NCBI GenBank assembly: GCA_963787445.1
Contig: CAWBCT010000013.1
Coordinates: forward strand, 43,096 to 107,095
Direction: 5' to 3'
Origin: an uncultured archaeon
Lineage (GTDB): Archaea; Micrarchaeota; Micrarchaeia; Micrarchaeales; CABMGC01
DNA length: 64,000 nucleotides
The notes under the pieces were generated by a model. It did no database searches. It had not been told where the DNA came from and saw only the letters and a program-made list of their open reading frames with translations. Position numbers and translations under genes: made by a program. Position 1 is the first letter of the stretch; each line of letters starts with the position of its first letter. Shown here piece after piece: positions 38,376-48,326 of this stretch.

Positions 38376-39560
38376 TTGCCCGACCAAAGGAAGAATGATC
38401 TCATGGTTACTATACCGAACATATACAAGAGCAAGCATGCCAAATACTTCATACTCATACCCTTGGTCCTTTTCGTTGTCGGCATCTACTTCGCCACGCA
38501 TATAACCCTGGACTCCTCCCTAAGCGGCGGGGTGAGCATACTCATACAGACCAACACCACCATCAACCAGCAGCAGCTCGCCTCCCAGATCTCGAGCAGC
38601 CTCCACGTTTCAAGTCCCTCGATACAGGGCAGCCCGAGCGGGGTGCAGATAACCCTGAGCCTCAACCAGAGCATCGCCAACGCTGAGTCTAGCCTGCTGG
38701 ATGTCTACGGCTACGGGAAGAACTACTCCAACGCGAACTTCAACATTACGACCCTCAGCGTGGCGCTCTCGAACTCGCCGAACAACCAGACCCTAATAAC
38801 GCAGCTCGACGCCGCAAGGAAGCTCTCCAACTCCTCGCTGGCAAATGCGAGGAGCTCGCTGCAGTCCGAGCTCGCCTACCTTGAGCCGTTTGTCGGAACA
38901 ACCTATCTCAACTCCACGATAACCCCTTCAGAAATGGCGACCGTGGGCCAGTCCAGGTACACCAACGCCAGCGCAGTCTACCAGAACCAGATAATAACCG
39001 CGCTGCACAAGGTAATTCCGTTCACCACCTACTCCTACCAGCAGGTGACCGCGACCCTGGGAAGCTACTTCCTCGGGCAGCTTACTGACGTCGTCGTAAT
39101 CGCATTCATACTCATCTCCATAGTGGTATTCTTCATCTTCAGGTCGGTCGTCCCGGCATTCGCAGTAATATTCGGCGCAGCAAACGACATGATAGTGGCG
39201 CTCGGGGCGATGGGTCTGTTCGGGATCCCGCTCGGGATAGCGAGCATCGGCGCGCTGCTCATGCTGATAGGCTACGCCATAGACACGGACGTCCTCACGG
39301 CTGTGAGGATACTCAAGCGCCACGAAGGAACGCCCGAGGACCGCGCCTACTCGTCCATGAAGACCGGGCTTACCATGACCGCGACCGCGCTGGTCTCGTT
39401 CTCCGTGCTGTTCATCGTCTCGCTCTTCGCCTACGTCCCAACCTACTATGAGATCTCGGCAGTCATGATCTGCGGCCTGATAGCGGACGTATTCACAACC
39501 TGGTTCATGTCCGCAAGGCTCTCGCTTTGGTACAAGAACAGGAAAGAGGGGAAGAAGTAG
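38376..39560 (+). CDS. secF: Protein translocase subunit SecF
   Basis: LDSSLSGG, FFIFRS.VP, LMLIGYAIDTDVL, TGLTMT, GLIAD. Confidence 0.88.
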   Translation: MPDQRKNDLMVTIPNIYKSKHAKYFILIPLVLFVVGIYFATHITLDSSLSGGVSILIQTNTTINQQQLASQISSSLHVSSPSIQGSPSGVQITLSLNQSIANAESSLLDVYGYGKNYSNANFNITTLSVALSNSPNNQTLITQLDAARKLSNSSLANARSSLQSELAYLEPFVGTTYLNSTITPSEMATVGQSRYTNASAVYQNQIITALHKVIPFTTYSYQQVTATLGSYFLGQLTDVVVIAFILISIVVFFIFRSVVPAFAVIFGAANDMIVALGAMGLFGIPLGIASIGALLMLIGYAIDTDVLTAVRILKRHEGTPEDRAYSSMKTGLTMTATALVSFSVLFIVSLFAYVPTYYEISAVMICGLIADVFTTWFMSARLSLWYKNRKEGKK

Positions 39561-41150
39561 ATGCTCGGAATCGAATACGTAAAGGACAGGCACATCGCAA
39601 CCCTGCTAGTCATACTTCTGCTTCTGGGCTTCGCGGCCTACTACTACGGCATCCACCTGGGAATAGAGTTCTCCGGCGGAACAGAGATCCCGATAACGCT
39701 GGCCCACAGCGTGGACCCGAACACGATGAGCAGCCTACTCTCCACCCTGCAGCAGAGAATCTCAACCTTCGGCCTCAAGCAGGTCACGATCGAGGGAATC
39801 GGCGACTCCCAGGTCTACCTAATCATACCTTCCGTTAATCCGGGCGACATCAACAACACCATCGGAGTGATAGAGCAGCAGGGTCTCTTCCAGGGAGTCG
39901 TTGCCGGAAGGGAGGCGCTCAACGGCTCGGCGATACTCGGCGGAAGCGGCGAGATACAGCCCTCCTACTCGGTAAGCGGCAGCAACGTCACCTGGATCGT
40001 GAACTTCTACATAACCCAGGCGGCTGCGCAGAGCTTCTCCAAGGTGGTCTTCGGCCAGGCGAACCAGCCGCTCTACATGTACCTTGACCGACCGACCGGC
40101 GCCATAGTGCTGCTCAACAACTCCCTCCTCGGAGTGGCCGGTGCCGGCCAGAACGCGGAGCTCACCGCCATGGAGTCAGCGCTGGCGCTGGGAAACCAGA
40201 CGATCCCCGTGAAGCTGCTGAACTCCAACCAGAGCAACTGGAACAGCCTCTCCGCCTACTTCGCCCAGTCCCGCTCGCGCTACTACCAGGTGGTGCTAGC
40301 AAACAACACCTCGCCCAGCATAATCCAAAACCTCACCCGGCTAAACTACACGCTAATCAGGGAGTCGACTACGCAGATGACCCCCGTCTTCATCAGCCAG
40401 TCCTCGCTCAACAGCTCCACCATCCTTGACACCTGGCCCGCGCTCGGGCTTCTCTCCGCGCCGGTGCTCAACCCCTCCATAACCAACGGCGAGGTAGGGG
40501 AAGCCTACGCGATCTCCGGAGTCGCGCAGCCCGCCTCCACCGTCGCGGGCGAGATAGCAAACGCCAATAATCAGTCCCAGACCATCGCAAGCGTGCTGAG
40601 CGGCGGGGCGCTGCCCGTCAGCGTCATAGTCGGCACCCCGTTCACCACGCCACCCACACTAGGAAAGAGCTTTGAGTACATCAGCATCCTTGCGCTGCTG
40701 CTCGCGGTGCTCGCGGTGGCGATAACCATAGCGATCAGGTACAAGAGGCTCTTCCTCATCTGGCCCATAGTCTTCACCACCGTCGCCGAGCTCTTCATAA
40801 TAGCGACCATAATAGGCGTCATAGGAACCATCGACCTCTCCGCGGTCGCAGGAATGATTGCGGTGATAGGAACAGGCGTCGACGCCCAGATCATCATCAC
40901 CGACGAGGTGCTGCACGGAGGAAGCGAGAGCTTCAAGTCGAAGCTCAACCACGCCTTCTACGTCGTCTGGGCCGATGCGATACTTCTGGTCATAGCCATG
41001 CTGCCGCTGCTCTTCTCCTCATCCCTGGTTTCGGTAATCGGCTTCGCCGAGTCGACCATACTCGGGGGCCTTCTCGGGGCGCTGATAACAAGGCCCGCCT
41101 ACGGGGCCATAGTAAGCCGCCACTTCGCAAAAGGCACGAAGGTGGAGTAG
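39561..41150 (+). CDS. secD: Protein translocase subunit SecD
   Basis: LGIEFSGG, L.GGALP, PTLG, IGTGVDAQIIITDE, GFA, ITRPAY. Confidence 0.9.
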   Translation: MLGIEYVKDRHIATLLVILLLLGFAAYYYGIHLGIEFSGGTEIPITLAHSVDPNTMSSLLSTLQQRISTFGLKQVTIEGIGDSQVYLIIPSVNPGDINNTIGVIEQQGLFQGVVAGREALNGSAILGGSGEIQPSYSVSGSNVTWIVNFYITQAAAQSFSKVVFGQANQPLYMYLDRPTGAIVLLNNSLLGVAGAGQNAELTAMESALALGNQTIPVKLLNSNQSNWNSLSAYFAQSRSRYYQVVLANNTSPSIIQNLTRLNYTLIRESTTQMTPVFISQSSLNSSTILDTWPALGLLSAPVLNPSITNGEVGEAYAISGVAQPASTVAGEIANANNQSQTIASVLSGGALPVSVIVGTPFTTPPTLGKSFEYISILALLLAVLAVAITIAIRYKRLFLIWPIVFTTVAELFIIATIIGVIGTIDLSAVAGMIAVIGTGVDAQIIITDEVLHGGSESFKSKLNHAFYVVWADAILLVIAMLPLLFSSSLVSVIGFAESTILGGLLGALITRPAYGAIVSRHFAKGTKVE

Positions 41151-41789
41151 ATGCCCAAGCGATGCCCGATCTGCAACCGCTCCTCGGCCGAGATAGCCTT
41201 CTGCGGCGAGTTCTGCCGGAGCTGCACCGAGGAGAAGCTGCTGAAGAAGCTGCCCGGCGAGGTCGAGATCACGGTGTGCAAGCGCTGCGAGCGGGTCAGG
41301 TGCAAGGGCCACTTCGTCGACCCATCCATTGAGAACATCCAGGCCGCTGTCGAGCAGCAGTTCAAGGGCTACAAGATAAAGTTCAGGATCGCCGACGAGA
41401 CCACCGCCAAGATCGACGTGACCGAGTACAAACCCGACTACTCCATAACCGTAACCAAGCAGATTCCTGTGATAACCAAGTACGCGATGTGCGACTCGTG
41501 CAACAAGCGCGCAGGGTCGTACTACGAGGCTGTGTTCCAGCTGAGGGGACCTGACCTGGAAAGGATGGAGCGGTTCATCGAGAGGCTCACCAGGTACTTC
41601 GAGGTGAGGAACGAGTTCATAGCGCACGTGAAGGAGGCGGACAACGGGCTTGACGTCTACGTGAGCAACAAGAAGCTGGCCGCAGAGTACATACGGAGCC
41701 ACAAGCTGGTCGCCGTGACCTCCTACACCCTATATGGGCTGAAGAATGGGAAGAAGGTGTACAGGCACACCTACGCGATACGGCTGTGA
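41151..41789 (+). CDS. nmd3: Archaeal NMD3-family protein
   Basis: Four CxxC, GSYYEAVFQLRG, GLDVY, YRHTYAIRL. Confidence 0.88.
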   Translation: MPKRCPICNRSSAEIAFCGEFCRSCTEEKLLKKLPGEVEITVCKRCERVRCKGHFVDPSIENIQAAVEQQFKGYKIKFRIADETTAKIDVTEYKPDYSITVTKQIPVITKYAMCDSCNKRAGSYYEAVFQLRGPDLERMERFIERLTRYFEVRNEFIAHVKEADNGLDVYVSNKKLAAEYIRSHKLVAVTSYTLYGLKNGKKVYRHTYAIRL

Positions 41790-41851
41790 CGAGGACAACA
41801 GTCCAACAAGCTATAAATATCTAGAAAGCCACTAAGAATAGCAGTAATTTC

Positions 41852-42292
41852 ATGTTTCCAAGAATAAAGAGCAATGACAACACGGCTACACTTGAGCCAG
41901 CCACAACGGCGGCTATGCGGCGCCTGTTTCTTGAGCCAAAGTCGGCCCTGAGGCAGGAAAGGGAGTTGGCTGACAAGGTACATGAGAGGAGGAAACTCCG
42001 CACAGCCATACTGGCCCCTCTGGAAAGTTATAGCGACCGTGAAAGCCATGGCCTGACCACAAGGAACCAAACAGATCTCATAGTTGCTGTGGGAATAACC
42101 GCCCAGGCCCTTCAAACTGATGTAAACAACAGGAGCATCATCTCTCAGGCATGGGCTGAAAGCATACAGAGGGATCATGACAGCCCTGAAGGCAGACTTA
42201 AGTCAGTAGCCCTAATGAAACTCACCGCCGCAAGGCAACTGGGCATCGGAAGCGAAGTTGACGCGCTTCTCATGCAGCAGCTTGAAGATTAA
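41852..42292 (+). CDS. Orphan hypothetical protein
   Basis: 146-aa helical ORF with an extended TATA motif. Confidence 0.55.
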   Translation: MFPRIKSNDNTATLEPATTAAMRRLFLEPKSALRQERELADKVHERRKLRTAILAPLESYSDRESHGLTTRNQTDLIVAVGITAQALQTDVNNRSIISQAWAESIQRDHDSPEGRLKSVALMKLTAARQLGIGSEVDALLMQQLED

Positions 42293-42374
42293 AGTAGCAA
42301 AGAGCACTCATTCCATATACTCGGGCTTCCAGAAGCGATATATAACAATAATACGGGAATAATACTGGGCTTTT

Positions 42375-43622
42375 ATGATGAAGTTCGCATCCCTGATTGG
42401 AGCTTTACTCGTCCTCGGCTTTATCTACGCGGCCACCATCTCGCCGCTTCCGCAGGTCTTCAACAATGTGGGACTTGGCTGCACGCAGCCCAACGCAACC
42501 GGGCTGATCTGCACCAACGGCTCGCCGATCCAGATAAGCTTCGTCGCCTCCTCCACCTACTCGCCCTCCTACGGGAGCTTCACGCTCGTCTCCCTGAACC
42601 CGAACATCACCCAGCCGGTCGACGCCTACGGCGCCCCCTGCGCGGTCGGGAGCGGGCAGACCAACATCTGCCTTGTAACCATAGCCCCTTACTCGCCGCT
42701 GCTGGGCAACGCCACGGTCTCTCAGAAAGTCGCCCTGAAGTTTACCTCGGGCGCGTACCCGCAGGTCTACTCGTACCTCAACTTCTCGATCTCCCTACAC
42801 CACTACCTTAACTCGAGCGATGCTGCTCTGCTGCAGAGCTACAGGAGCACGCTCTCAACGTTTTCAACCCAGGCAAGCTACTACAACTATGTCTGCGCCG
42901 GCTACGGGATCTGCAACGCCACCGTGGCGGAATCGATCTCCGCCTCGAACGTCCTTCTCCTGAACGTGCACAATGCGCTCCAGCTCTCCAATCTGGCGCA
43001 GGCCTACACCAACATGACCGTTGCCCAAACCGCGGCCATACAAGAAAACACCACGTTCCTGCCCTTCTACTCCAATGCAAAAGCAATACTCTCCTACCTG
43101 ACGGCCGCGTTCTCCGACATCAATGCGGCGCAAACAAACTACAGGTCAAACTTCGCCCTGCTCCAGAACTGCACCTACTCAAGCGGCTCCGATGCCGCAG
43201 CCTATCTGAACAACAGGATCCAGCTTGCCCTCTCATCCGCCGTGCCTTCGACGCTGGCCCAGGCCCAAAGCTATGAAGGGTACGCCTCCGGGATGCTGCA
43301 AAACAGCACCAGCATAATAGCCTCCTGCAGACAGTACCACTCCTACTCCCCGCCGTTCCTCGGGATAGGCTTCGCCCTGCCCAACCCCTTCGGAGGGGGC
43401 CTGCTGTGGGATGCAGTCCTTGTGGTGATCATACTAATCGCAGCCCTGCTCATAAGGTCAAGGATCATAAGCAGGAACGAACTGAAGAGGATACGGAACC
43501 CGGTCGAAGAGGACCTGGACAGCACCTACAGTAAGAAGGAGCTGGGGAAGGCCGAAGAAGTAGTCGACGCCGAGATCGACGATGACGGGGAGTACCTCAA
43601 CAAGGTTTCAAAGAAGAAGTAG
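42375..43622 (+). CDS. Secreted, C-terminally anchored glycoprotein-like protein
   Basis: Signal peptide, paired Cys, sequons, TM, acidic tail. Confidence 0.7.
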   Translation: MMKFASLIGALLVLGFIYAATISPLPQVFNNVGLGCTQPNATGLICTNGSPIQISFVASSTYSPSYGSFTLVSLNPNITQPVDAYGAPCAVGSGQTNICLVTIAPYSPLLGNATVSQKVALKFTSGAYPQVYSYLNFSISLHHYLNSSDAALLQSYRSTLSTFSTQASYYNYVCAGYGICNATVAESISASNVLLLNVHNALQLSNLAQAYTNMTVAQTAAIQENTTFLPFYSNAKAILSYLTAAFSDINAAQTNYRSNFALLQNCTYSSGSDAAAYLNNRIQLALSSAVPSTLAQAQSYEGYASGMLQNSTSIIASCRQYHSYSPPFLGIGFALPNPFGGGLLWDAVLVVIILIAALLIRSRIISRNELKRIRNPVEEDLDSTYSKKELGKAEEVVDAEIDDDGEYLNKVSKKK

Positions 43623-43632
43623 AAGTGAAAAC

Positions 43633-44133
43633 ATGATCAACAGGCTTTACAAGGGACTCAGGCAGGTGTACGCGCCAAGGTATCTGGCGCTAAACCTGGT
43701 GCTGATCGGAATCTACTACCTCGTATTTGACTTCCTGATACGCTACCAGAACTACGGCCTTTTCCTCTCCGCGGTCCCTGTCTATATCGAGTACCTTACG
43801 ATCCTCACCGCCTCGATCCTACTGACCGTCTCAATATACGAGATATACCACGTAAAGAGGCAGCTCGAGGAGCTATCGGCGGGCTCCGCCAGCATAATCA
43901 CCCTGATCCTTAGCAGCGTGTTCGGAGGATGCGGATGCGCAACCCCCATCATATTCGGCCTCACAGCGCTCGGGATAAGCTCCACCGAGCTCTTCTCCGT
44001 GAACGCTATCCTATCGGGTTACATAATCTGGATCTTCTACGTGCTGCTGGTCGTAAATGCCGTCCTAATCCTCTATTATCTCAATAGGATCTCCACAGGA
44101 CCCTTGAAATCAAAGCGCAGAAATCGCAGGTAA
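43633..44133 (+). CDS. Four-TM membrane protein with a CGC motif
   Basis: GGCGCATP between TM helices. Confidence 0.65.
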   Translation: MINRLYKGLRQVYAPRYLALNLVLIGIYYLVFDFLIRYQNYGLFLSAVPVYIEYLTILTASILLTVSIYEIYHVKRQLEELSAGSASIITLILSSVFGGCGCATPIIFGLTALGISSTELFSVNAILSGYIIWIFYVLLVVNAVLILYYLNRISTGPLKSKRRNRR

Positions 44134-44174
44134 GAAATATATATCTGGCTCTGCAACTATAACTCGGTGCTAAA

Positions 44175-44723
44175 ATGGGGACACCTTCGCCTGCAACAAA
44201 AACTGCGACAGCAAATGTCAATCTAGCTAGGCCGTTTGTCAGCGCAAGGCGGACCGAATCTGTTATCGGCGAGCTTATGTTTGCATTAAAAAGAAAAATT
44301 GGTGACGTTGGAGTATGCGAAGGAGTCCTCAACCCAAATAACTCCACAGAGCAAGGTTTTCTTTATCTGATGAGGGAAGAGAACGCTGCAGCGCCATTTG
44401 AAACAAAAAACGCCAGGTGGCTCTCCTATGGTTTTCATCCTTTCGTTGTGATTCCGCCATCTAGCGTTTACGATAAAGGCTCGTCAATAGTCTCACCCGG
44501 CGGGGTCAGGTTCTGGGAAGGCGAGATGATCCTGCACTACGTTTTCAAGGACTCCAAATTCGCCCTATCGGCAAGAGAGATGTCGCTGCCCATACTGCCT
44601 GCTTTGAAGGCATTCGGCATTACTATACTTTCTCCGAAACAGATGAGCAGGCAATCATTTACCAACACCATAGCGGAGGTCTTCGAGCGCCAGGGCAATA
44701 CCTTCGATATAGATTGGGTTTAA
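44175..44723 (+). CDS. Orphan hypothetical protein
   Basis: 182-aa ORF with an extended TATA motif. Confidence 0.55.
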   Translation: MGTPSPATKTATANVNLARPFVSARRTESVIGELMFALKRKIGDVGVCEGVLNPNNSTEQGFLYLMREENAAAPFETKNARWLSYGFHPFVVIPPSSVYDKGSSIVSPGGVRFWEGEMILHYVFKDSKFALSAREMSLPILPALKAFGITILSPKQMSRQSFTNTIAEVFERQGNTFDIDWV

Positions 44724-44744
44724 CTGAACTTTCATGGTGTGCAA

Positions 44745-45068
44745 ATGGCTTTCAAACAGATAAAGATCGATGAGCTCAAGGCGAAGCTGGGCAAGAAGGA
44801 GACGATCGTAGTCAATGTTCTTGACAAGGAGGACTACGATGCGCTTCACATCAAGGGCTCGATCTCCATCCCCTACGAGGAGATGGTCGCGGAGGGGTGG
44901 AAGAGGCTGGACAAGGGCAAGGAGATCATAACCTACTGCAAGAACTACCTGTGCTCTGCCTCCCGAGAAGCCGCGGAGTTCCTTCAGGCGAAGGGCTTCA
45001 ACGTGAGGGCCTACGAAGGCGGGATAGAGGAGTGGAGCAAGGCAGGGCTCCCAACGACCAAGGGCTAA
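44745..45068 (+). CDS. Rhodanese-like domain protein
   Basis: HIKGSISIP, YCKNYLC..S, YEGGIEEW..AGLP. Confidence 0.88.
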   Translation: MAFKQIKIDELKAKLGKKETIVVNVLDKEDYDALHIKGSISIPYEEMVAEGWKRLDKGKEIITYCKNYLCSASREAAEFLQAKGFNVRAYEGGIEEWSKAGLPTTKG

Positions 45069-45108
45069 TTATTTTATACACCAAGCAAGCTATAATCTAG
45101 GTAATAAC

Positions 45109-45495
45109 ATGGCCGCAATAGACATAGCCTTCAGCTGCTACCCTGTCACGAGCCTGAAGAGGGCGCGAGAGTTCTACGAGAAGGTGCTGATGCTCAAGCC
45201 GACACAGGAATACGTGAAGGATGATGCAAACGGGATGATAGAGTACGACATCGGGCCCGCAACCCTCGCGATCGGTGCGGGTGCAGAGAGCATGAAGGTG
45301 GGGCCCGGAGGCGCCACCGTCGCCCTAGAGGTGGACAACTTCAAGGAGATGATTACACACCTCAAGAGGAAGAAGCAGGCCTTCCTGATGGAGCCCTACG
45401 ACGGTCCGATCTGCCAGATGCTACTTCTCAGCGACCCCGATGGGAACAAGATAATGATTCATCAGCGAAAACTTCAGGGCAAGCAGCGAGCATAA
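45109..45495 (+). CDS. VOC/glyoxalase family protein
   Basis: RAREFYEKVL, VALEVD, DPDGN. Confidence 0.88.
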   Translation: MAAIDIAFSCYPVTSLKRAREFYEKVLMLKPTQEYVKDDANGMIEYDIGPATLAIGAGAESMKVGPGGATVALEVDNFKEMITHLKRKKQAFLMEPYDGPICQMLLLSDPDGNKIMIHQRKLQGKQRA

Positions 45496-45531
45496 CTTTA
45501 TAGATATTGCGATGCTGTTTGATTTGATAAC

Positions 45532-45624
45532 ATGGCAGCAAAAAAGAGACACGCGAAATCCAGAAAGACTTCTCACAAGAGAAAGACGGTTAGGAGAAAG
45601 ACTGTAAAGAGGAGAAGAAGATAA
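45532..45624 (+). CDS. 30-aa K/R-rich protamine-like peptide (not in the ORF track)
   Basis: MAAKKRHAKSRKTSHKRKTVRRKTVKRRRR*, with its own TATA box (about 45497) and terminator. Confidence 0.7.
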   Translation: MAAKKRHAKSRKTSHKRKTVRRKTVKRRRR

Positions 45625-45629
45625 GTGTG

Positions 45630-45659
45630 GTGCTGATTTTCAGCACTCTCTTCTTTTTT
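45630..45659 (+). terminator. Hairpin plus U-tract terminator
   Basis: GTGCTGA-TTT-TCAGCAC followed by TCTCTTCTTTTTT. Confidence 0.65.
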
Positions 45660-45738
45660 CAGCCCAATTTACGCTACTTTTAGGGGCAGAAGCCCCTTCA
45701 AAGAATCTATTTATATCTGGAAAGCGGTAACATTAATC

Positions 45739-46146
45739 ATGGAAACGCTGAAGGTATTCAAGGCGGGTATGGTCGCCACCTCTATACTTGTCTCCCTGTC
45801 CGCTGTTTACGATAGGAATAAAGTCCCGAATAGCAGGGTCGCCTTTCCTAGGCCGATCCAGCAGCTCGTTCGGACGGATGCTACGAAGTTACCTGATGGC
45901 CGTCCTCTCTCAATCCAGGCCAAGGCTCTTCTCGACGCGCAGCTGAAGGAGCAGCTCAGGCGCGACGCCGAGGCCAGTGTCGAGCGTGAAAAACTGATAA
46001 AGGAACAAAAGTTCGTAAGAACCAAGGAAGAGGCAAAGTTCGCAGCCATCGTGATAGGATTCATCCTTGCCACAGGTACGATAAAGTGGACTCTCGAAAA
46101 TCTCCCAAGGCTTTGGAGCAAGCGCAAACCCGCCGCATCGGCCTAG
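45739..46146 (+). CDS. Orphan protein with hydrophobic N- and C-terminal segments
   Basis: 135 aa; extended TATA motif. Confidence 0.55.
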   Translation: METLKVFKAGMVATSILVSLSAVYDRNKVPNSRVAFPRPIQQLVRTDATKLPDGRPLSIQAKALLDAQLKEQLRRDAEASVEREKLIKEQKFVRTKEEAKFAAIVIGFILATGTIKWTLENLPRLWSKRKPAASA

Positions 46147-46173
46147 AGTCCAGTGGTGGCTACATAAACTATA

Positions 46174-47361
46174 TCAGTCTTTCCCATCTTTCAACGCCGC
46201 ATCGCTTCTTATTGCATCATAGACCTCTACGATTATTATCGCCGCAATTACAGCCAACGCGATTCCGACTATGATCCAAACCCCTGTGTCATCGCTGCCT
46301 GCCCGTGACCTGGCGGAGTCATTGGTAGTGTTGCTCGGCGCCGCGTTGATGCTCGTTGTGGTGTTCTTCTGTGGATATGCCTGACCGACGCCTATCGTGG
46401 TCACCGTCGTTTTGGCCGTAGTGTTCAAGGTCCCGGACTGGCCCACCATGAGGGCCTGCATTTTGACAAGAGAAAATCCCAACCGGTTTGTGTTGGGAGT
46501 ATTGATGTTCGATGCGAAGGTTATGGTGTAGCTGTTTGGTATGGCCTTCAATATTGAGACCCTCGGGTTCTGTGTTATCAGCATTATGACCGCCTGCTTT
46601 GTCGGCATTCCAAGAACCTGCCATACCGGACTCTCTCTATTTATAGCTGAGATCGCGTTATCGGTCGTGTTGATCGCCGCTGCCAATGCCACTGTGGAAT
46701 TTAGGCAGTTGGCAGTCGGGTTGGGAAGACTTGAAGGCGCAACTTCTTTGCACGTACCGGTCGTGGCGTTCGGAAAGATGTTAGGGTCCAGGACGCTCAC
46801 CCTGATGACATACGTTTTCGAATAGGTACTATTTTCCAGTGGCGAGACTATGATATCACGGGCAGGATTCGGAAGCACTCCAGCCAGAAGTCCGTCTATC
46901 CCGTTTGAAAACCCTATCGCCTCCTCGGCCAGTTCGTACAACGGAGAATAGATGTACAATGACTTGTTCCGGCATGCGGCCTGTGAGGTCGAAACCCCAC
47001 ACTGGGTTACTATGGCTGTCCCGTTATAAATGGGATACGTGTTTACCGTAAGGTTGTTGTTATAGATGCCAAATGCCGAGAGGCCGGCAAAGGCTGGGGT
47101 TATTGCCCAAATAGGAACTAGTCCTACGACGCCAGATACTGGAGCCTTGCCGGTTTCGCAGTCCGTCACTGCAAGAGCGGCCTGCGCGTTGCTATTGTTG
47201 TATACGCTCCCAGTACATGTATCATTTACGTAGACATATAACACGACATTTCCATTCTGGAAAGCGAGCGTCGAATTTGAGCTGTTGACTATTCCGGAAG
47301 CGCTGATTGTTGAAGGAGCGAAGAGAAGCAGTATTGCAAATAGAAAATAGAGGGGCTTCAT
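46174..47361 (-). CDS. Secreted, C-terminally anchored surface protein
   Basis: Signal peptide MKPLYFLFAILLLF, Thr-rich linker, TM. Confidence 0.7.
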   Translation of the reverse strand: MKPLYFLFAILLLFAPSTISASGIVNSSNSTLAFQNGNVVLYVYVNDTCTGSVYNNSNAQAALAVTDCETGKAPVSGVVGLVPIWAITPAFAGLSAFGIYNNNLTVNTYPIYNGTAIVTQCGVSTSQAACRNKSLYIYSPLYELAEEAIGFSNGIDGLLAGVLPNPARDIIVSPLENSTYSKTYVIRVSVLDPNIFPNATTGTCKEVAPSSLPNPTANCLNSTVALAAAINTTDNAISAINRESPVWQVLGMPTKQAVIMLITQNPRVSILKAIPNSYTITFASNINTPNTNRLGFSLVKMQALMVGQSGTLNTTAKTTVTTIGVGQAYPQKNTTTSINAAPSNTTNDSARSRAGSDDTGVWIIVGIALAVIAAIIIVEVYDAIRSDAALKDGKD

Positions 47362-47483
47362 CAAAACATAAAATATAAAATGACAAGCTATATAGAATGT
47401 GTTATGGGTCTGTGGCAAAGCTGCCCCTGGCCCACCCGCTAACACCAGCGATTATTGCAGTCTTGGCAACGGTCCAAATTTGC

Positions 47484-48260
47484 TTATTCTGCGTTCCAGC
47501 CCCCATCAACCGTCAGGGTGTGGCCGGTAACATAGGACGCGGCCTCGGACGCGAGGTAGACCACCGCGCCCTTCAGCTCCTCCGGGTCACCCACCCTTCC
47601 CATCGGCGTCCGCTCCACTATGTGCCCCAGGGCATTCTTGTCCTCAAAGATCCCCCCGGTCATCTCGCTCGGGAAGAAGCCCGGCGCTATCGCATTGATG
47701 CGTATGTCCCGCTTTGCGTACTCTATCGCCAGCGAGCGCGTAAGGTTCACCACGGCGCCCTTGGTGGCGTAGTAGGGCGCAGCCGGGAAGATGTCTCCCT
47801 CAAGCCCGTAGATGGAGGCGAGGTTTATGATGCTGCCCTTTCTCTTCTTTGCGAGCATGCTGGCTATCACGTGCTTTGAGAACAGGAAGGTGCCGGTCAG
47901 GTTGATGCTGACGACCCGGTCCCAGTCCTCCTCCTTCATCAGGTGGGACGGGCCCAGGGCCGCCACTCCGGCGTTGTTGACCAGTACGTCTATCTTTCCG
48001 AACTTCTTCTCCGTCGCCTTGACTACCCGGATTATGTCCTCCTCTTTTGAGACGTCGCAGGTCATGGGCATTATCTTTCTCTTCGTCTTCTTGGCTATCC
48101 TCTTCGCGCTCGCCTCAAGCTTGTCAGCCCTTCGGGCAACGACTACCACGTCCGCCCCTGCCTCGGCAAGGCCCTCTGCAAATGCTATGCCCAAGCCGCT
48201 TGAAACGCCCGTGACTATCGCCACCTTCCCCTCCAATTTGAATTTATCAAGTACTGCCAT
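47484..48260 (-). CDS. Short-chain dehydrogenase/reductase (FabG/Gno-like)
   Basis: TGVSSGLG, NNAG, YYATK, IAPGFF, VDGG. Confidence 0.93.
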   Translation of the reverse strand: MAVLDKFKLEGKVAIVTGVSSGLGIAFAEGLAEAGADVVVVARRADKLEASAKRIAKKTKRKIMPMTCDVSKEEDIIRVVKATEKKFGKIDVLVNNAGVAALGPSHLMKEEDWDRVVSINLTGTFLFSKHVIASMLAKKRKGSIINLASIYGLEGDIFPAAPYYATKGAVVNLTRSLAIEYAKRDIRINAIAPGFFPSEMTGGIFEDKNALGHIVERTPMGRVGDPEELKGAVVYLASEAASYVTGHTLTVDGGWNAE

Positions 48261-48326
48261 GCCATTACCAAGAGTAACAAGATGTAAAAGGCTAAAAAGT
48301 AGTAGCTGCCGGTTGCCTATTTGATA

